A stretch of 64,000 nt of DNA from an uncultured Terracidiphilus sp. (GCA_964414945.1 CAYPYJ010000003.1:5895-69894), one strand, 5' to 3'. Counted from the first letter of the stretch, positions 46,808-56,315 are shown. Notes: a model not told the origin generated them from the letters alone. A program made the numbers and translations.

Positions 46808-47669
46808 GCGAAACTACTCGGCCTATACAGGTACCGTCACGCCAGTGTGGACGCGCGTTCTGGTGCTGGCCCGCTATGCCTTTGAAGAAGCCTGGTCGTC
46901 GAAGATTACGGTTGGGCTCTTCATCTTCTGCCTGCTCCCCTGCATCGTTTCTTTGGTCGTGATTTACCTTGCCGATAACCCGCTCGCAAGGGCTCTTATC
47001 GGTGGCCGTGGGCAGCTGATGCTTGCCATCGATTCGAAATTCTTCCTGAAAGTCCTTCAGACGCAAGCATGGCTCGCGCTGGTTATGGCTGCGTGGATCG
47101 CACCCCGGCTGATCACCTTTGACCTCGCAGACAATGCGTTGCCGATCTTGCTCAGTCATCCCATTTCGCGCTTCGGTTACGTGTTCGGCAAGTTCATCGC
47201 GCTGTTCACATCGCTCTCGCTGATCACATGGCTCCCCTGCCTGCTGCTCTTTGTCTACCAGGGCTACTCTTCTCCTCAACCCTGGGCAATGAGCAATCTC
47301 CAAATTGCCATGGGCCTTCTGGCAGGGTCGGTAATCTGGATCGCCTTTCTCTCGATGCTTGGACTCGCGCTGTCTTCGTGGGTTAAATGGCGGGTAGTGG
47401 CCACAGGCGTCATCTTTGCCGCGGTCTTTGTGCCGGCCGGCGTGGGAGCCATCGTGAGCGCAGTGCTGCGCACCAGGTGGGGACTGCTCCTGAATGTTCC
47501 TGTCATGATGTCGAACCTGTGGCAGAGGTTGCTCGGTGCACCGCCGCCAATGAGCGAGAGGCTTTCAGTGCCAACGCTGGCCATTGCGGTTATGCTGTCG
47601 CTGGCTTGCCTGGTCTGTGTGGGTATGCTGAACAAGCGGATCAGGGCGCGCGAGGTGGTCCGCGGATGA
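46794..47669 (+). CDS. ABC-2-type transporter permease
   Basis: The ATG at 46794 ([13 protein letters not shown]...) overlaps the upstream stop by 14 nt; the ORF track starts at 46743. About 6 hydrophobic helices. Confidence 0.7.
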   Translation: MAVYKRNYSAYTGTVTPVWTRVLVLARYAFEEAWSSKITVGLFIFCLLPCIVSLVVIYLADNPLARALIGGRGQLMLAIDSKFFLKVLQTQAWLALVMAAWIAPRLITFDLADNALPILLSHPISRFGYVFGKFIALFTSLSLITWLPCLLLFVYQGYSSPQPWAMSNLQIAMGLLAGSVIWIAFLSMLGLALSSWVKWRVVATGVIFAAVFVPAGVGAIVSAVLRTRWGLLLNVPVMMSNLWQRLLGAPPPMSERLSVPTLAIAVMLSLACLVCVGMLNKRIRAREVVRG

Positions 47670-48607
47670 ACGACAGAATCATTTTCGAAGATGTATCGAA
47701 ATTCTACGGCGAAGTACTCGGAGTGAACCGAATCTCGCTGTCTATTCCGCCCGGAATTACCACACTGGTCGGACCCAACGGTTCGGGAAAGACCACCATC
47801 ATGAACCTCATGACCGGTTTGGTTCAGCCTTCGAACGGACACATCTCGGTTCTGGGGCTCTCGCCAGCCGATCAAACGGAGCTATTTAGCATCCTCGGGT
47901 ATTGCACGCAGTTCGATTTTTTCCCGCGCGGGCTCACCGGATGGCAGTTTATGTTGGACGGACTGATGCTTCACGGCATGGAAAAGGACCTGGCCGTCGA
48001 TCTTGCCGCGCAGGCGATTGAGCGAGTGCAGCTTGGCGAAGCGGCAGGACGAAAGATCGCCGGCTACAGCAAGGGCATGCGGCAGAAGATACGGTTGGCT
48101 CAGGCAATTGCCCATCACCCGCGAGTGTTGGTGCTCGACGAGCCGCTCAACGGACTGGATCCGATGGCACGCGCTGATTCAATAGCGCTCTTTCAGGAAC
48201 TGGGCCGCCAGGGAATGCATGTGCTCATCTCCAGCCATATTCTCGACGAGGTCGACCGGATATCAGATCGAGTGATCCTGATAACCGGCGGCTACTTGAT
48301 CGCGGAGGGGAATATCCATCAGGTCAGGCAGGAAGTGCGCGAAAAGCCCATGCAGGTGCTCATTCGCTGTGACCACCCCGCGGTGCTGGCGGCTAAGATG
48401 TTCGCCATCAATCACTGCGTTGAAGCCAGGCTGCATGCGGATGGCAAAGGCGTTTTCCTTCGTACAGCGGATATCGACCAGTTCTATTCCATGCTCAACG
48501 GAATCGCGGCGGATGGGCTGGTGAAGATTGACTCAGTGGCACCGGCGGACGACGATGCCAACGCGATTTACCACTATCTGATCGGTACAGATGGGAGCCC
48601 ATCATGA
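47666..48607 (+). CDS. ABC transporter ATP-binding protein (second copy)
   Basis: The ATG at 47666 forms an ATGA overlap with the permease stop. [15 protein letters not shown], Walker A GPNGSGKTT, signature YSKGMRQ, Walker B VLVLDEPLNGLD, H-loop ISSHIL. The ORF-track extension back to 47387 overlaps the permease and is not credible. Confidence 0.85.
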   Translation: MNDRIIFEDVSKFYGEVLGVNRISLSIPPGITTLVGPNGSGKTTIMNLMTGLVQPSNGHISVLGLSPADQTELFSILGYCTQFDFFPRGLTGWQFMLDGLMLHGMEKDLAVDLAAQAIERVQLGEAAGRKIAGYSKGMRQKIRLAQAIAHHPRVLVLDEPLNGLDPMARADSIALFQELGRQGMHVLISSHILDEVDRISDRVILITGGYLIAEGNIHQVRQEVREKPMQVLIRCDHPAVLAAKMFAINHCVEARLHADGKGVFLRTADIDQFYSMLNGIAADGLVKIDSVAPADDDANAIYHYLIGTDGSPS

Positions 48608-49470
48608 CGAAAACGCAACTTACCGACCGTGTAAGAAGTCTCGCCCAACAGCCGTGGGGTCTGTGGTGGATGCAGGCACAGCGCCTGACGCGCATCGAAT
48701 TGAGGAGGAATCTTTTTTCGTGGAAAGCGACCTGGATTTACTGCCTTGCTTTCGTCCCGACCCTCATCATCTTGATTCACATGCTCTTCAGTCGGCACCC
48801 GTCCTTCGCTATGAGCGAGGATACGAACGTATTGGCAGGTATCGTCCAGCTTTATTACATCCGGCTCGGGGTTTTCTTCGGGTGCCTGGGCATCTTCTCG
48901 CGACTGATTCGTGGAGAGATGATTGAGCGCAGCCTGCACTTCTACCTGCTTTCGCCGGTGCGCCGCGAGATCCTGCTGCTGGCCAAGTTTACTGCTGGAT
49001 CCATCAGCGCCGTGTTCCTATTCGGAAGCGCGATCATTGCCAATTTCATGCTGATGTACGCCGGTTTCGGTGCGGCTGGCCTCGATTACATTTTCGATGG
49101 TCCCGGCATGGGACAGTTGGAAGCTTACCTGCTCATCGTCGTGCTTGCCTGCCTTGGCTATGGCGCTGTGTTTCTCCTGCTGAGCATGATGTTCAGGAAC
49201 CCTACGCCGGCCGCGATGCTGGTGCTGGGCTGGGAGGCAATTAACCCGGTGCTCCCGTCATTACTACAGAAGATCAGCGTGGCTTCGTATCTGCGGCACC
49301 TGATGCCGGTATCCGTGAGTTCCGACGGCATCTTTGCATTGCTGACGGTCGTAACCGATCCGGTATCCGGCTGGGCAGCCACCGTGGGGTTGCTGGCGCT
49401 GATTGCGATTGTTCTGACATATTCCTGCTATCGGATTCGCACCCTGGAGATCCGGTACTCTACCGAGTAA
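48604..49470 (+). CDS. ABC-2-type transporter permease (second copy)
   Basis: ATGA overlap with the upstream ATPase gene. About 6 hydrophobic helices (for example ATWIYCLAFVPTLIILIHMLF and LEAYLLIVVLACLGYGAVFLLLSMMF). Confidence 0.7.
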   Translation: MTKTQLTDRVRSLAQQPWGLWWMQAQRLTRIELRRNLFSWKATWIYCLAFVPTLIILIHMLFSRHPSFAMSEDTNVLAGIVQLYYIRLGVFFGCLGIFSRLIRGEMIERSLHFYLLSPVRREILLLAKFTAGSISAVFLFGSAIIANFMLMYAGFGAAGLDYIFDGPGMGQLEAYLLIVVLACLGYGAVFLLLSMMFRNPTPAAMLVLGWEAINPVLPSLLQKISVASYLRHLMPVSVSSDGIFALLTVVTDPVSGWAATVGLLALIAIVLTYSCYRIRTLEIRYSTE

Positions 49471-49633
49471 AAAATCCGGAAACAGAAATAGCAAATGCGC
49501 CGGGATGTCCAGACTCGGAATGCCATCGACTACGTCCAATTCCTCAAGCCAAAGCCGTTGGAACGGTTGAAAGAATTCCGTGTCTCTTCGCGCGGGCAAC
49601 GGTTAGCTCGTTTTCAAATCAAGTGTTAACACA

Positions 49634-49730
49634 ATTCTGGATGCCCCATCCATTTCGCGTACTTTGCGAAATGGGTGGGATAGCGCAACTGTTCATTTCG
49701 GCCGTAAACACCAAAACCGAACGCGCTCTA
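49634..49730 (+). repeat. REP-like palindromic element, copy A
   Basis: TTCTGGATGCCCC, then arm CCCATCCATTTCGC (49645-49658), loop GTACTTT, arm GCGAAATGGGTGGG (49666-49679), then ATAGCGCAACTGTTCATTTCGGCCGTAAACACC... Apart from an insertion of about 60 nt in B, it is nearly identical to copy B at 62607. Confidence 0.8.
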
Positions 49731-49841
49731 GCGTAGGCTCGCTTAAACGATAAATCGGGTGTCTCGAACACTTGATCGTGAAGAATATATTTTGCTTCTT
49801 GAGACTTTCATGACAAAGTGTCAAATCGCCAAGTCCGGCCC

Positions 49842-50981
49842 TTACCACGCTGCCGAGACCACCGCTAGTAGCTCCTTGCTGGTTAGCGGAAGCGGATTAG
49901 TCTGCATGCTGCTGGCGCGGGCTGCTTTTTCCACTACGGCGGGCAGATCGGATTGCGCGATTCCCCAGGTGCGCAGCGCAGGAACGTGGAGATCGGCGCA
50001 AAGCGCGCGCACCCATTCAACGCCGTCTTCCGCGGTTGCTTCTTTGCGGCCTGTCAGCAGACGCGCAATAACGGCGTAGCGTTCCAGGGATGGATGGAGC
50101 GGCGTGCGGGCCCGCAAGGCGGCTATATTGGCGGCCATGCCGTATGGCAACAGCGCCGCGCAGAGCGCTCCGTGCGGTGCATTCCAAGAGCCTCCCAGTG
50201 GCGCGGCAAAACCGTGAACCACGCCCAGCCCGGCGTTGGCCAACGCAAGTCCTCCTAACAAGCTCGCCAAAGACATATCGCGGCGCGCTTCGCGGTCCAT
50301 ACCGTCGCGATAGACGCGGCCCAACGCACCGGCTGCGCGCCCAATTCCCTCGACGCAGAGCGCATCCGTCAAAGGATTGGCGCGCGCGCTCACGTACGGT
50401 TCAATCAACTGCGTCAGAGCGTCCAGTCCCGTGCTGGCTGTTATTGCGGGCGGCAGCCCGTAAGTCAGTTCGGGATCGACCAACGCTACTCTCGGCAGCA
50501 TCATGGGGCTTCGTAAACTCGCCTTAACACCATGCTCCACCGATGCGAGTACGGCATTGCGCGTGACCTCACTGCCGGTCCCGGCAGTGGTCGGCACCGC
50601 AATAAAGGGCAGCGGTGCGGCATCGATGGCGCGTCCCCTTCCCACCACTTCAAGAAACTCCAGCGGCTCGCCGCCGTTGGTTGCGATGCAGGCAATCGCT
50701 TTTCCAGCGTCGATCGCGCTGCCGCCGCCAAGCGCAACAACAACATCGCAAGCAGCTTGTCGCACGCGCCGGGCGCCGTCGCGGATCAGATCGACCGTCG
50801 GCTCGCCCGGGACAGGAAACACTTCCGCTGATAGCGCCGAGACAAGCCACGCTGCGCGCTCGCTCGAAGAGCCGGTAACCACGAATGGACGAGCACCGAA
50901 ACTGCGAACCAGTTCGGGCAGAGTGGCGGCGGTGCCTTCGCCGAAGATAATGCGTGTTGCGGTGGCAAACTCGAAGCGCAT
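49842..50981 (-). CDS. Iron-containing (group III) alcohol dehydrogenase
   Basis: Motifs VVALGGGSAIDAGKAIA, PFIAVPTTAGTGSEVT and GVVHGFAAPLGG. Confidence 0.8.
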   Translation of the reverse strand: MRFEFATATRIIFGEGTAATLPELVRSFGARPFVVTGSSSERAAWLVSALSAEVFPVPGEPTVDLIRDGARRVRQAACDVVVALGGGSAIDAGKAIACIATNGGEPLEFLEVVGRGRAIDAAPLPFIAVPTTAGTGSEVTRNAVLASVEHGVKASLRSPMMLPRVALVDPELTYGLPPAITASTGLDALTQLIEPYVSARANPLTDALCVEGIGRAAGALGRVYRDGMDREARRDMSLASLLGGLALANAGLGVVHGFAAPLGGSWNAPHGALCAALLPYGMAANIAALRARTPLHPSLERYAVIARLLTGRKEATAEDGVEWVRALCADLHVPALRTWGIAQSDLPAVVEKAARASSMQTNPLPLTSKELLAVVSAAW

Positions 50982-50985
50982 AATT

Positions 50986-51288
50986 TCAGCCTTGTAAATC
51001 AGAGAAGACAGCTTCGTACTTCACGCTCGAGCGCGGCTCGGCCATCATGGCTGCCACTGCATCGCGCCACTTTGCGTAGTGAGCGGTCTGTTTATGCGCG
51101 GCCGCCGCCTCCGCATCACGGTAGATTTCGATCAGCACGAACCGCGTCGCGTCGTCCTGTTGCCGCACCACGTCGAAGCGTGCAATGCCGGGTTCCTGAA
51201 CACTGGCGCGGGCGTTTTCGACAGTAGCCCGGCTGAACTCCTCCACCGACTCTGCCTTGACGTGCACATTCACATGAACAATGAGCAT
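50986..51288 (-). CDS. Antibiotic-biosynthesis-monooxygenase (ABM) domain protein
   Basis: The ATG at 51288 gives [76 protein letters not shown], a ~100-aa ferredoxin-like ABM pattern. The gene ends 4 nt before the ADH start. The ORF-track N-terminal extension to 51390 is unlikely. Confidence 0.7.
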   Translation of the reverse strand: MLIVHVNVHVKAESVEEFSRATVENARASVQEPGIARFDVVRQQDDATRFVLIEIYRDAEAAAAHKQTAHYAKWRDAVAAMMAEPRSSVKYEAVFSDLQG

Positions 51289-51597
51289 CGAACCTGCCTC
51301 CGTCTCTGATCTTATCGCCATGCAGCATTGGCAATCTGGGACACAGCAAAGCAGACTTGTATTTAGGCCTCGGCTGCCAAAACTGGACATCGGCTGCTGC
51401 AGGCTGTTTGCGCTTTAGCAAAGAGACACATAGTGAAGGCTTGAAATTCCAACAGCGCCATTCGCACTGAATACGCGCTGGTTCGCAGGAATCTGGGCGA
51501 CATCATGGTGCCGATCACCTGTCGATACAGCATGATACAAATGTAAATTTTCCAATACAATCATCTGAACCAATATTTACTTCTCAACTCTTGCAGA

Positions 51598-51612
51598 AAA
51601 AGTGACATTGAC
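51598..51612 (+). promoter_or_regulatory. 15-mer AAAAGTGACATTGAC, copy 1 (upstream of the NusG paralog)
   Basis: It is identical to 52636-52650 and contains TTGAC, but I find no convincing -10 hexamer at 16-18 nt. It lies 334 nt upstream of the ATG at 51946. Confidence 0.3.
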
Positions 51613-51945
51613 TTACGCTTGTCTTAGTTAGGAAGCGATGTGCATTTATCCCACGCAGATATTTCCCTCTAGCTAGTATTTGTCTGCGAGCCTGCTTAAG
51701 CAAGAGTGCTTCTGGCGCTGATGGGTCTCAGTATGGGCACTTTTTGAACTTGCGAGTAGGATTCTCGGTTTGATGATTAGGTTGAGGGCTTAGCAAAAAA
51801 GGTCGATTTGCTAGGTCAAAATGGCGGAGCTATACCTATTGTGACCTCCAGCTAGAAGCTGGTGTTTCACGCTTCCCGCATGATGAACAGTCGGGCAATT
51901 GATTTTTTTGTTTTTGTGACGCCTGGGTTAAAACCGGAGGTTCAG

Positions 51946-52521
51946 ATGAGTCTACTGGCAACTGCTCAGACATTCGAAAACCATGTCTCTCAACACTCAG
52001 CAATCATGAGTGCCTTGTGTGATCGCAATTGGTATGCGGTTTACACGGTTCCGCAACACGAAAAGTCGGCTCTAAAGCAACTTGACATTCGGGGGATTGA
52101 GTCATTTCTCCCTACTTATGAAACAGTCAGAGTTTGGAAGAACCGGCAACGAATGAAGCTGACCCTGCCGCTGTTTCCTGCATATCTGTTTGTGCGAATC
52201 AACTCCATGGAGCGGTCAAAGGTCCTCCAATCCCCCGGTGTGCTGCAGATTGTGGGCAACAGCAAAGCGGGAATACCGCTTCAGGAATCCGAGGTCAAGT
52301 TCCTGCGCTCCGACTTCTGCAGGCAGCGGGTCGAACAATATCGCGATCTTGTTATAGGCGAAAGAGTTCGAATTAAGGGTGGTGTGATGGAAGGTCTTCA
52401 GGGAACGCTTGTTAGAAAGTGCAACAGTACGCGCTTCGTGCTGACTCTCGAATTGATTAACCAGCATGCCGCAATTCAGATAGACGCAGAAGATTTGGAG
52501 CCGATCGGCGCTCAAGCGTAG
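51946..52521 (+). CDS. NusG-family paralog (RfaH/UpxY-like specialised antiterminator)
   Basis: NGN domain: NWYAVYTVPQHEKSALKQLDIRGIESFLPTYETVRVWKNRQRMKLTLPLFPAYLFVRI. KOW-like block: GERVRIKGGVMEGLQGTLVRK. The ATG at 51946 is preceded by GGAGG; the ORF track starts at 51862. Confidence 0.75.
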   Translation: MSLLATAQTFENHVSQHSAIMSALCDRNWYAVYTVPQHEKSALKQLDIRGIESFLPTYETVRVWKNRQRMKLTLPLFPAYLFVRINSMERSKVLQSPGVLQIVGNSKAGIPLQESEVKFLRSDFCRQRVEQYRDLVIGERVRIKGGVMEGLQGTLVRKCNSTRFVLTLELINQHAAIQIDAEDLEPIGAQA

Positions 52522-52544
52522 GGGTTCATCGAATTGTTGAGATT

Positions 52545-52595
52545 GCGGGGGAGAAGATGCGTTGGCGTCTAGCCAAAGCGACCCTTCTCCCCCGC
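52545..52595 (+). terminator. Strong hairpin after the NusG paralog (possible terminator or attenuator)
   Basis: GCGGGGGAGAAG (52545-52556) pairs perfectly with CTTCTCCCCCGC (52584-52595). The 27-nt loop contains an inner TTGGC/GCCAA stem. The following tract, GTCGTGTTT, is only weakly T-rich. Confidence 0.35.
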
Positions 52596-52635
52596 GTCGT
52601 GTTTAACTAGGCAGCGTTCTGAGGGTGGCCTGAAC

Positions 52636-52674
52636 AAAAGTGACATTGACGGCAAGCATAAATTGGACCATATT
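52636..52674 (+). promoter_or_regulatory. 15-mer AAAAGTGACATTGAC copy 2 with a sigma-70-like promoter for GH31
   Basis: AAAAGTGACATTGAC (52636-52650). TTGACG (52646-52651), a 17-nt spacer, then CATATT (52669-52674). It lies about 115 nt upstream of the GH31 ATG at 52790. Confidence 0.4.
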
Positions 52675-52789
52675 AGCACCGCAATTTCTCTTCTGATTGT
52701 TTAGTATGGACTGGGGTCGGAAATTCTGTCTCCACCGAGTTTTCCTGCTCGGGCCATGGCCTGCGCAAGTAATCTATGAGGAACATAAG

Positions 52790-55177
52790 ATGATCGCACC
52801 ACATCGCCGCAGCAACATTCTTCTCTCTTTAGCCATTCTCCTTCTCAGCAGTGCAGCCATCAGCGCTCAACAGGATCAGGTTGTGCTGACGCGCGGCGGC
52901 AGCACCATCGTCTTTGAGCCCTATGCGCCAAACATTCTGCGCGTCACATTGAGCTTGGATCGCAAGCCTGCATTGGCTGCGCCGGGTTATGGTTTCGTTG
53001 CCGCGCCTTCAACTCAGGGCTGGAGCGCAAGCCAGACGGAGTGGGCTGACACCTACAAGTCGGCGCGTATGGTGGTAACCCTGGATCGCGACCGGCCCAG
53101 CACCACGCCGCCCGACCCGAATCAGGCGGCTCTCGGCAAATACTTCAGCGGCTCAGTTCCCGGTGCGCACATCACCTTTGCGACGCCGGAAGGAAAGAAG
53201 CTCCTTGAGATGAACGGCTGGGAGCAGGCCATTCTCAACCAAAAAGATGGCACCGCCGAACCGCTGCACGACCTGCGCGCCACCGATCCGAAATTGTTCA
53301 CTGTAGGCGCGAGCTTCGCTTCGCCAGAGGACGAGCACTATTATGGGCTGGGTCAGAACCAGGAAGGATTCCTCGACCATCGCGGCCATGTGGTGCGCTG
53401 CTGGCACGACTATCTGGCATCGGCAGGACAAAGCGTCTGCGTGCCCTTCATGGTGACCAACAAAGGCTATGGAGTGCTGTGGGACAACCCGTCGAAGACG
53501 ACCATTGAACCCGGCTTCAACGAGCAGACAAAGTGGACCTCTCAGGTTGGCGACCGGGTCTCGTTCTTCGTGATTGCTGGAGCGACGATAGACGAAATTT
53601 ACGCGGGCTACCGGCTACTGACTGGACCCACGCCGATTCCGCCCAAGGCTGCCTTCGGCTACATCCAATGCAAGCAGCGCTACAGCAGCCAGAAAGAATT
53701 GCTCGATGTGGCGCAGGGCTATCGCGACCGTCATCTGCCTGCCGATGTGCTGGTGGTCGACTGGTTCTACTTCACGAAGATGGGGCAGTTCGACTTCGAT
53801 CCCAAATACTGGCCTGATCCAGTGGCGATGAACAAGCAACTGCACGAAATGGGCTTCGAGACCATGATCAGCGTCTGGCCGCGCTTTGTGCCTGAAGACC
53901 GCTACTACGACGAACTGCTCCAAAAAGGCTGGCTGATTCACACCGCCGATGGCAAGCCCATCGATGGAATGCCCTACGACCGCGCCGGCTCCGACATCGA
54001 CACGACGAATCCCGAGGCGGGCAAGTGGTTCTGGAAGACGATCCACGAAAACATCATCGGCCAGGGCTTCGATTCGCTCTGGGCTGATGAGACGGAGCCT
54101 GATCTGCCCCCGAACGGCGCGTTTTTCCATGTAGGCCCGGGCACGCAATACTTCAACGTTTATCCGCTCTTCCACACCGCGGCGCTCTATGACGGCTTCC
54201 GCAAAGACGAGCCCGCCAAGAGAGCGCTGATTCTTTCGCGCGATGCCTACATCGGCGCGCAGCGCAACGGAACAATCTTCTGGTCGTCGGATATCACTCC
54301 CACCTGGGACGCGTTCAAGCGCCAGATTCCCACCGGCCTGGACTTTGCGGCTTCCGGGTTGACTTACTGGTCCAACGACACCGGCGGCTGGCAATATCTT
54401 CCCGGCCAGCATCACCCGGCCCACAAGCCGCTGCTCGACCCATCCGATGCTCGGGAAAACGTCGGCGGCTACAACGATTACCCGGAGCTTTACACGCGCT
54501 GGTTCCAGTACGCGGCCTTCCTGCCCATCTTCCGCACCCACGGCAGCCGCAACAGCAACGAGGTATGGTCCTATGGCAAAGAGGCCCAGCCGATTCTGGA
54601 GAAGTATCTGCGCCTGCGTTACCAGCTCATGCCGTACATTTATTCGCTCGGCTACAAGACCTGGCAAACCGGCGCGCCCTTTATGCGCGCACTGCCGCTG
54701 GATTTCCCAGCCGATCCCAAGGTCGCCGATCTGCGCGACGAGTATATGCTCGGGCCAGCCTTCCTGGTAGCTCCGGTCACGGAACAGGGCGCAACCAGCC
54801 GCGAGGTCTATCTTCCCGCAGGAACCGACTGGTACAACTACTGGACCAACGAGCGCATCAAAGGCGGCCAGACCATTACCGTGCAAGCGCCGATTGATAC
54901 GATTCCGCTCTTCGTGCGCGCTGGCTCGATTATTCCGCTGGGAGCGCCAGTGGAGAGCACGCATCAAACGCAAGCCATCAACAAGATTCGCGTCTATCCC
55001 GGCGCGGATGGCAGCTTCACCCTCTTCACCGACGACGGCACAACCTATGCGTATGAAAAAGGCGCAGGCGCGGTCACGCGACTGCACTGGGACAACGCAG
55101 CAGGCAAGCTCACCCACGACGGCGCAGCAGCCTGGAGCGAGCCGGACAGCGCAATTGTGGAGGTTGCTGGGAAATAG
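52790..55177 (+). CDS. GH31 alpha-glycosidase (alpha-xylosidase/alpha-glucosidase type)
   Basis: The ATG at 52790 (MIAPHRRSNILLSLAILLLSSAAISAQ, signal peptide) is preceded by GAGGAA; the ORF track starts at 52697. Motifs: YYGLGQNQEG, DVLVVDWFYF, FDSLWADETEPD (nucleophile region), IFRTHG. Confidence 0.8.
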   Translation: MIAPHRRSNILLSLAILLLSSAAISAQQDQVVLTRGGSTIVFEPYAPNILRVTLSLDRKPALAAPGYGFVAAPSTQGWSASQTEWADTYKSARMVVTLDRDRPSTTPPDPNQAALGKYFSGSVPGAHITFATPEGKKLLEMNGWEQAILNQKDGTAEPLHDLRATDPKLFTVGASFASPEDEHYYGLGQNQEGFLDHRGHVVRCWHDYLASAGQSVCVPFMVTNKGYGVLWDNPSKTTIEPGFNEQTKWTSQVGDRVSFFVIAGATIDEIYAGYRLLTGPTPIPPKAAFGYIQCKQRYSSQKELLDVAQGYRDRHLPADVLVVDWFYFTKMGQFDFDPKYWPDPVAMNKQLHEMGFETMISVWPRFVPEDRYYDELLQKGWLIHTADGKPIDGMPYDRAGSDIDTTNPEAGKWFWKTIHENIIGQGFDSLWADETEPDLPPNGAFFHVGPGTQYFNVYPLFHTAALYDGFRKDEPAKRALILSRDAYIGAQRNGTIFWSSDITPTWDAFKRQIPTGLDFAASGLTYWSNDTGGWQYLPGQHHPAHKPLLDPSDARENVGGYNDYPELYTRWFQYAAFLPIFRTHGSRNSNEVWSYGKEAQPILEKYLRLRYQLMPYIYSLGYKTWQTGAPFMRALPLDFPADPKVADLRDEYMLGPAFLVAPVTEQGATSREVYLPAGTDWYNYWTNERIKGGQTITVQAPIDTIPLFVRAGSIIPLGAPVESTHQTQAINKIRVYPGADGSFTLFTDDGTTYAYEKGAGAVTRLHWDNAAGKLTHDGAAAWSEPDSAIVEVAGK

Positions 55178-55419
55178 TGATTCGGCCCTGACACCTCCCG
55201 CCCGCTCATCGCGAAAATCCGCGATGAACGGGGCACAGGCCTGTTGACGATTTAATTAACAGCTAGATTTCAAAAATATAAAGGGGGGGGAGACCTTCAG
55301 GGACCAGGGACTAGGAAAGGCCCGAGGCTTTGGTCGGTGTTCATGCTTTGATTGTGCGCCGGGAAAGGGTAATTATCTGCAAAAGCTGGAGAGTTTTCAG
55401 TTCACAGTTTTCAGTTTGC

Positions 55420-55500
55420 GCGGTTGGGGTTCGTGGTCTCCCACCCTTTCGCAAAGAACGCGAAAGGATGGGCCACCCGCCGCCGCCACCCGCCGATAGT
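55420..55500 (-). repeat. REP-like palindromic element, copy C (inverted orientation)
   Basis: The arms are CCCACCCTTTCGC (55440-55452) and GCGAAAGGATGGG (55460-55472). Read on the minus strand the element is GGCGGGTGGCGGCGGCGGGTGGCCCATCCTTTCGC GTTCTTT GCGAAAGGGTGGGAGACCACGAACCCCAACCGCG. The single non-Watson-Crick pair is G-U only on the minus strand. A tandem CCACCCGCCG occurs at 55473 and 55486. Confidence 0.7.
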
Positions 55501-55502
55501 CC

Positions 55503-56315
55503 TTAGTTAAGTAATTTAAATTTAGGTAACGAACCAACCAGCTGAGCCACGTAGAGTTTATCGATATCTGGCCTATCAAATCTATCAATGCAACCATGTG
55601 TTTGTTCGTCATGTATGCGCCATGTCAGAATGTACCACCTAGATCTTACCTTGCATACTACTCCATCTATTAGTAAGATTTCCTTGTGGCCGAGAGTTAG
55701 CGCTGCATAAGAGGCGAGCGTTTCCGAAGCATTATTAATAGAGTCAATGACAATCCGCTTTCTAATGTTGTTTGATTCAACATGAAATATGTTCCTCCAG
55801 TGGGACGAATAACCGTCAACATCAGAAAAACGGAGCCGCGCTATGTGAGACAGGCATCCCCATGATGCGCGAATCATGCTAGGACTTGTAGATATGGTGC
55901 CCTCTAAGAATTTAACGATTGTCTTTTCTTTATTTCTCTCGGCCAAACGCGGGGCAGAAATAATATTCACGATCAACCCCCAAGTTTCTATCAAAATCAT
56001 TACTGTAGTAGCTGCAATACTCAATAAGGCCGCAATTGGACCTAATATTACTAGGAGTGGCCACGGGGCTTCATCTACCTGATGGTGATAGTTGTAAGGT
56101 TGATAACTTTCATTGGGTGGAGTATGCGTAATTGGGTCATCATACACCGGTTTACAAATATAAACTGCAAGTGCAATTAGACCAAGGATGAAAAGGTAGC
56201 GCACGACTTTACTGGCGCTGTACACTATACGCTCTCTCCATCCAGATAATTCTTCGCTGGAAAGATTGGCCTCGTATTCTTGTTCTAAAATATCCCCCCA
56301 AGCATCCTCGCTCAC
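55503..56315 (-). CDS. Orphan membrane protein (2 TM helices + ~150-aa C-terminal domain), low-GC
   Basis: A 270-aa ORF with an acidic N-terminus. TM helices: VVRYLFILGLIALAVYICKPV and PLLVILGPIAALLSIAATTVMILIETWGLIV. I recognise no family. Hand-counted GC is about 40% over 180 nt, against about 57% in a GH31 sample. Confidence 0.6.
   Translation of the reverse strand: MSEDAWGDILEQEYEANLSSEELSGWRERIVYSASKVVRYLFILGLIALAVYICKPVYDDPITHTPPNESYQPYNYHHQVDEAPWPLLVILGPIAALLSIAATTVMILIETWGLIVNIISAPRLAERNKEKTIVKFLEGTISTSPSMIRASWGCLSHIARLRFSDVDGYSSHWRNIFHVESNNIRKRIVIDSINNASETLASYAALTLGHKEILLIDGVVCKVRSRWYILTWRIHDEQTHGCIDRFDRPDIDKLYVAQLVGSLPKFKLLN

Noticed and set aside
47387-47665. An N-terminal extension of the second ABC ATPase. 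The ORF track gives 406 aa starting at 47387, overlapping the permease by 280 nt.
   Set aside because: The extension is Arg/Gly/Ala-rich and overlaps a hydrophobic permease frame. The ATG at 47666 gives the canonical ABC N-terminus and an ATGA coupling with the permease stop.
53615-55117. A 500-aa ORF antisense to the GH31 gene. Similar long antisense ORFs lie at 13434-14567 (377 aa, opposite GH2), 58326-59210 (294 aa, opposite DapA-like), 10557-11345 (262 aa, opposite a TBDR) and 463-1182 (239 aa, opposite a TBDR).
   Set aside because: Each lies entirely opposite a gene with strong family motifs. Their translations are Arg/Ala/Gly/Pro-rich and low in complexity, as expected for stop-poor antisense frames in GC-rich DNA. 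None shows a recognisable motif.
55283-55290. A G8 homopolymer tract that could be a phase-variation switch.
   Set aside because: It lies in the convergent 3-prime region between GH31 and the orphan gene, not in a promoter spacer or a coding 5-prime end. A slipped-strand switch there has no obvious target.
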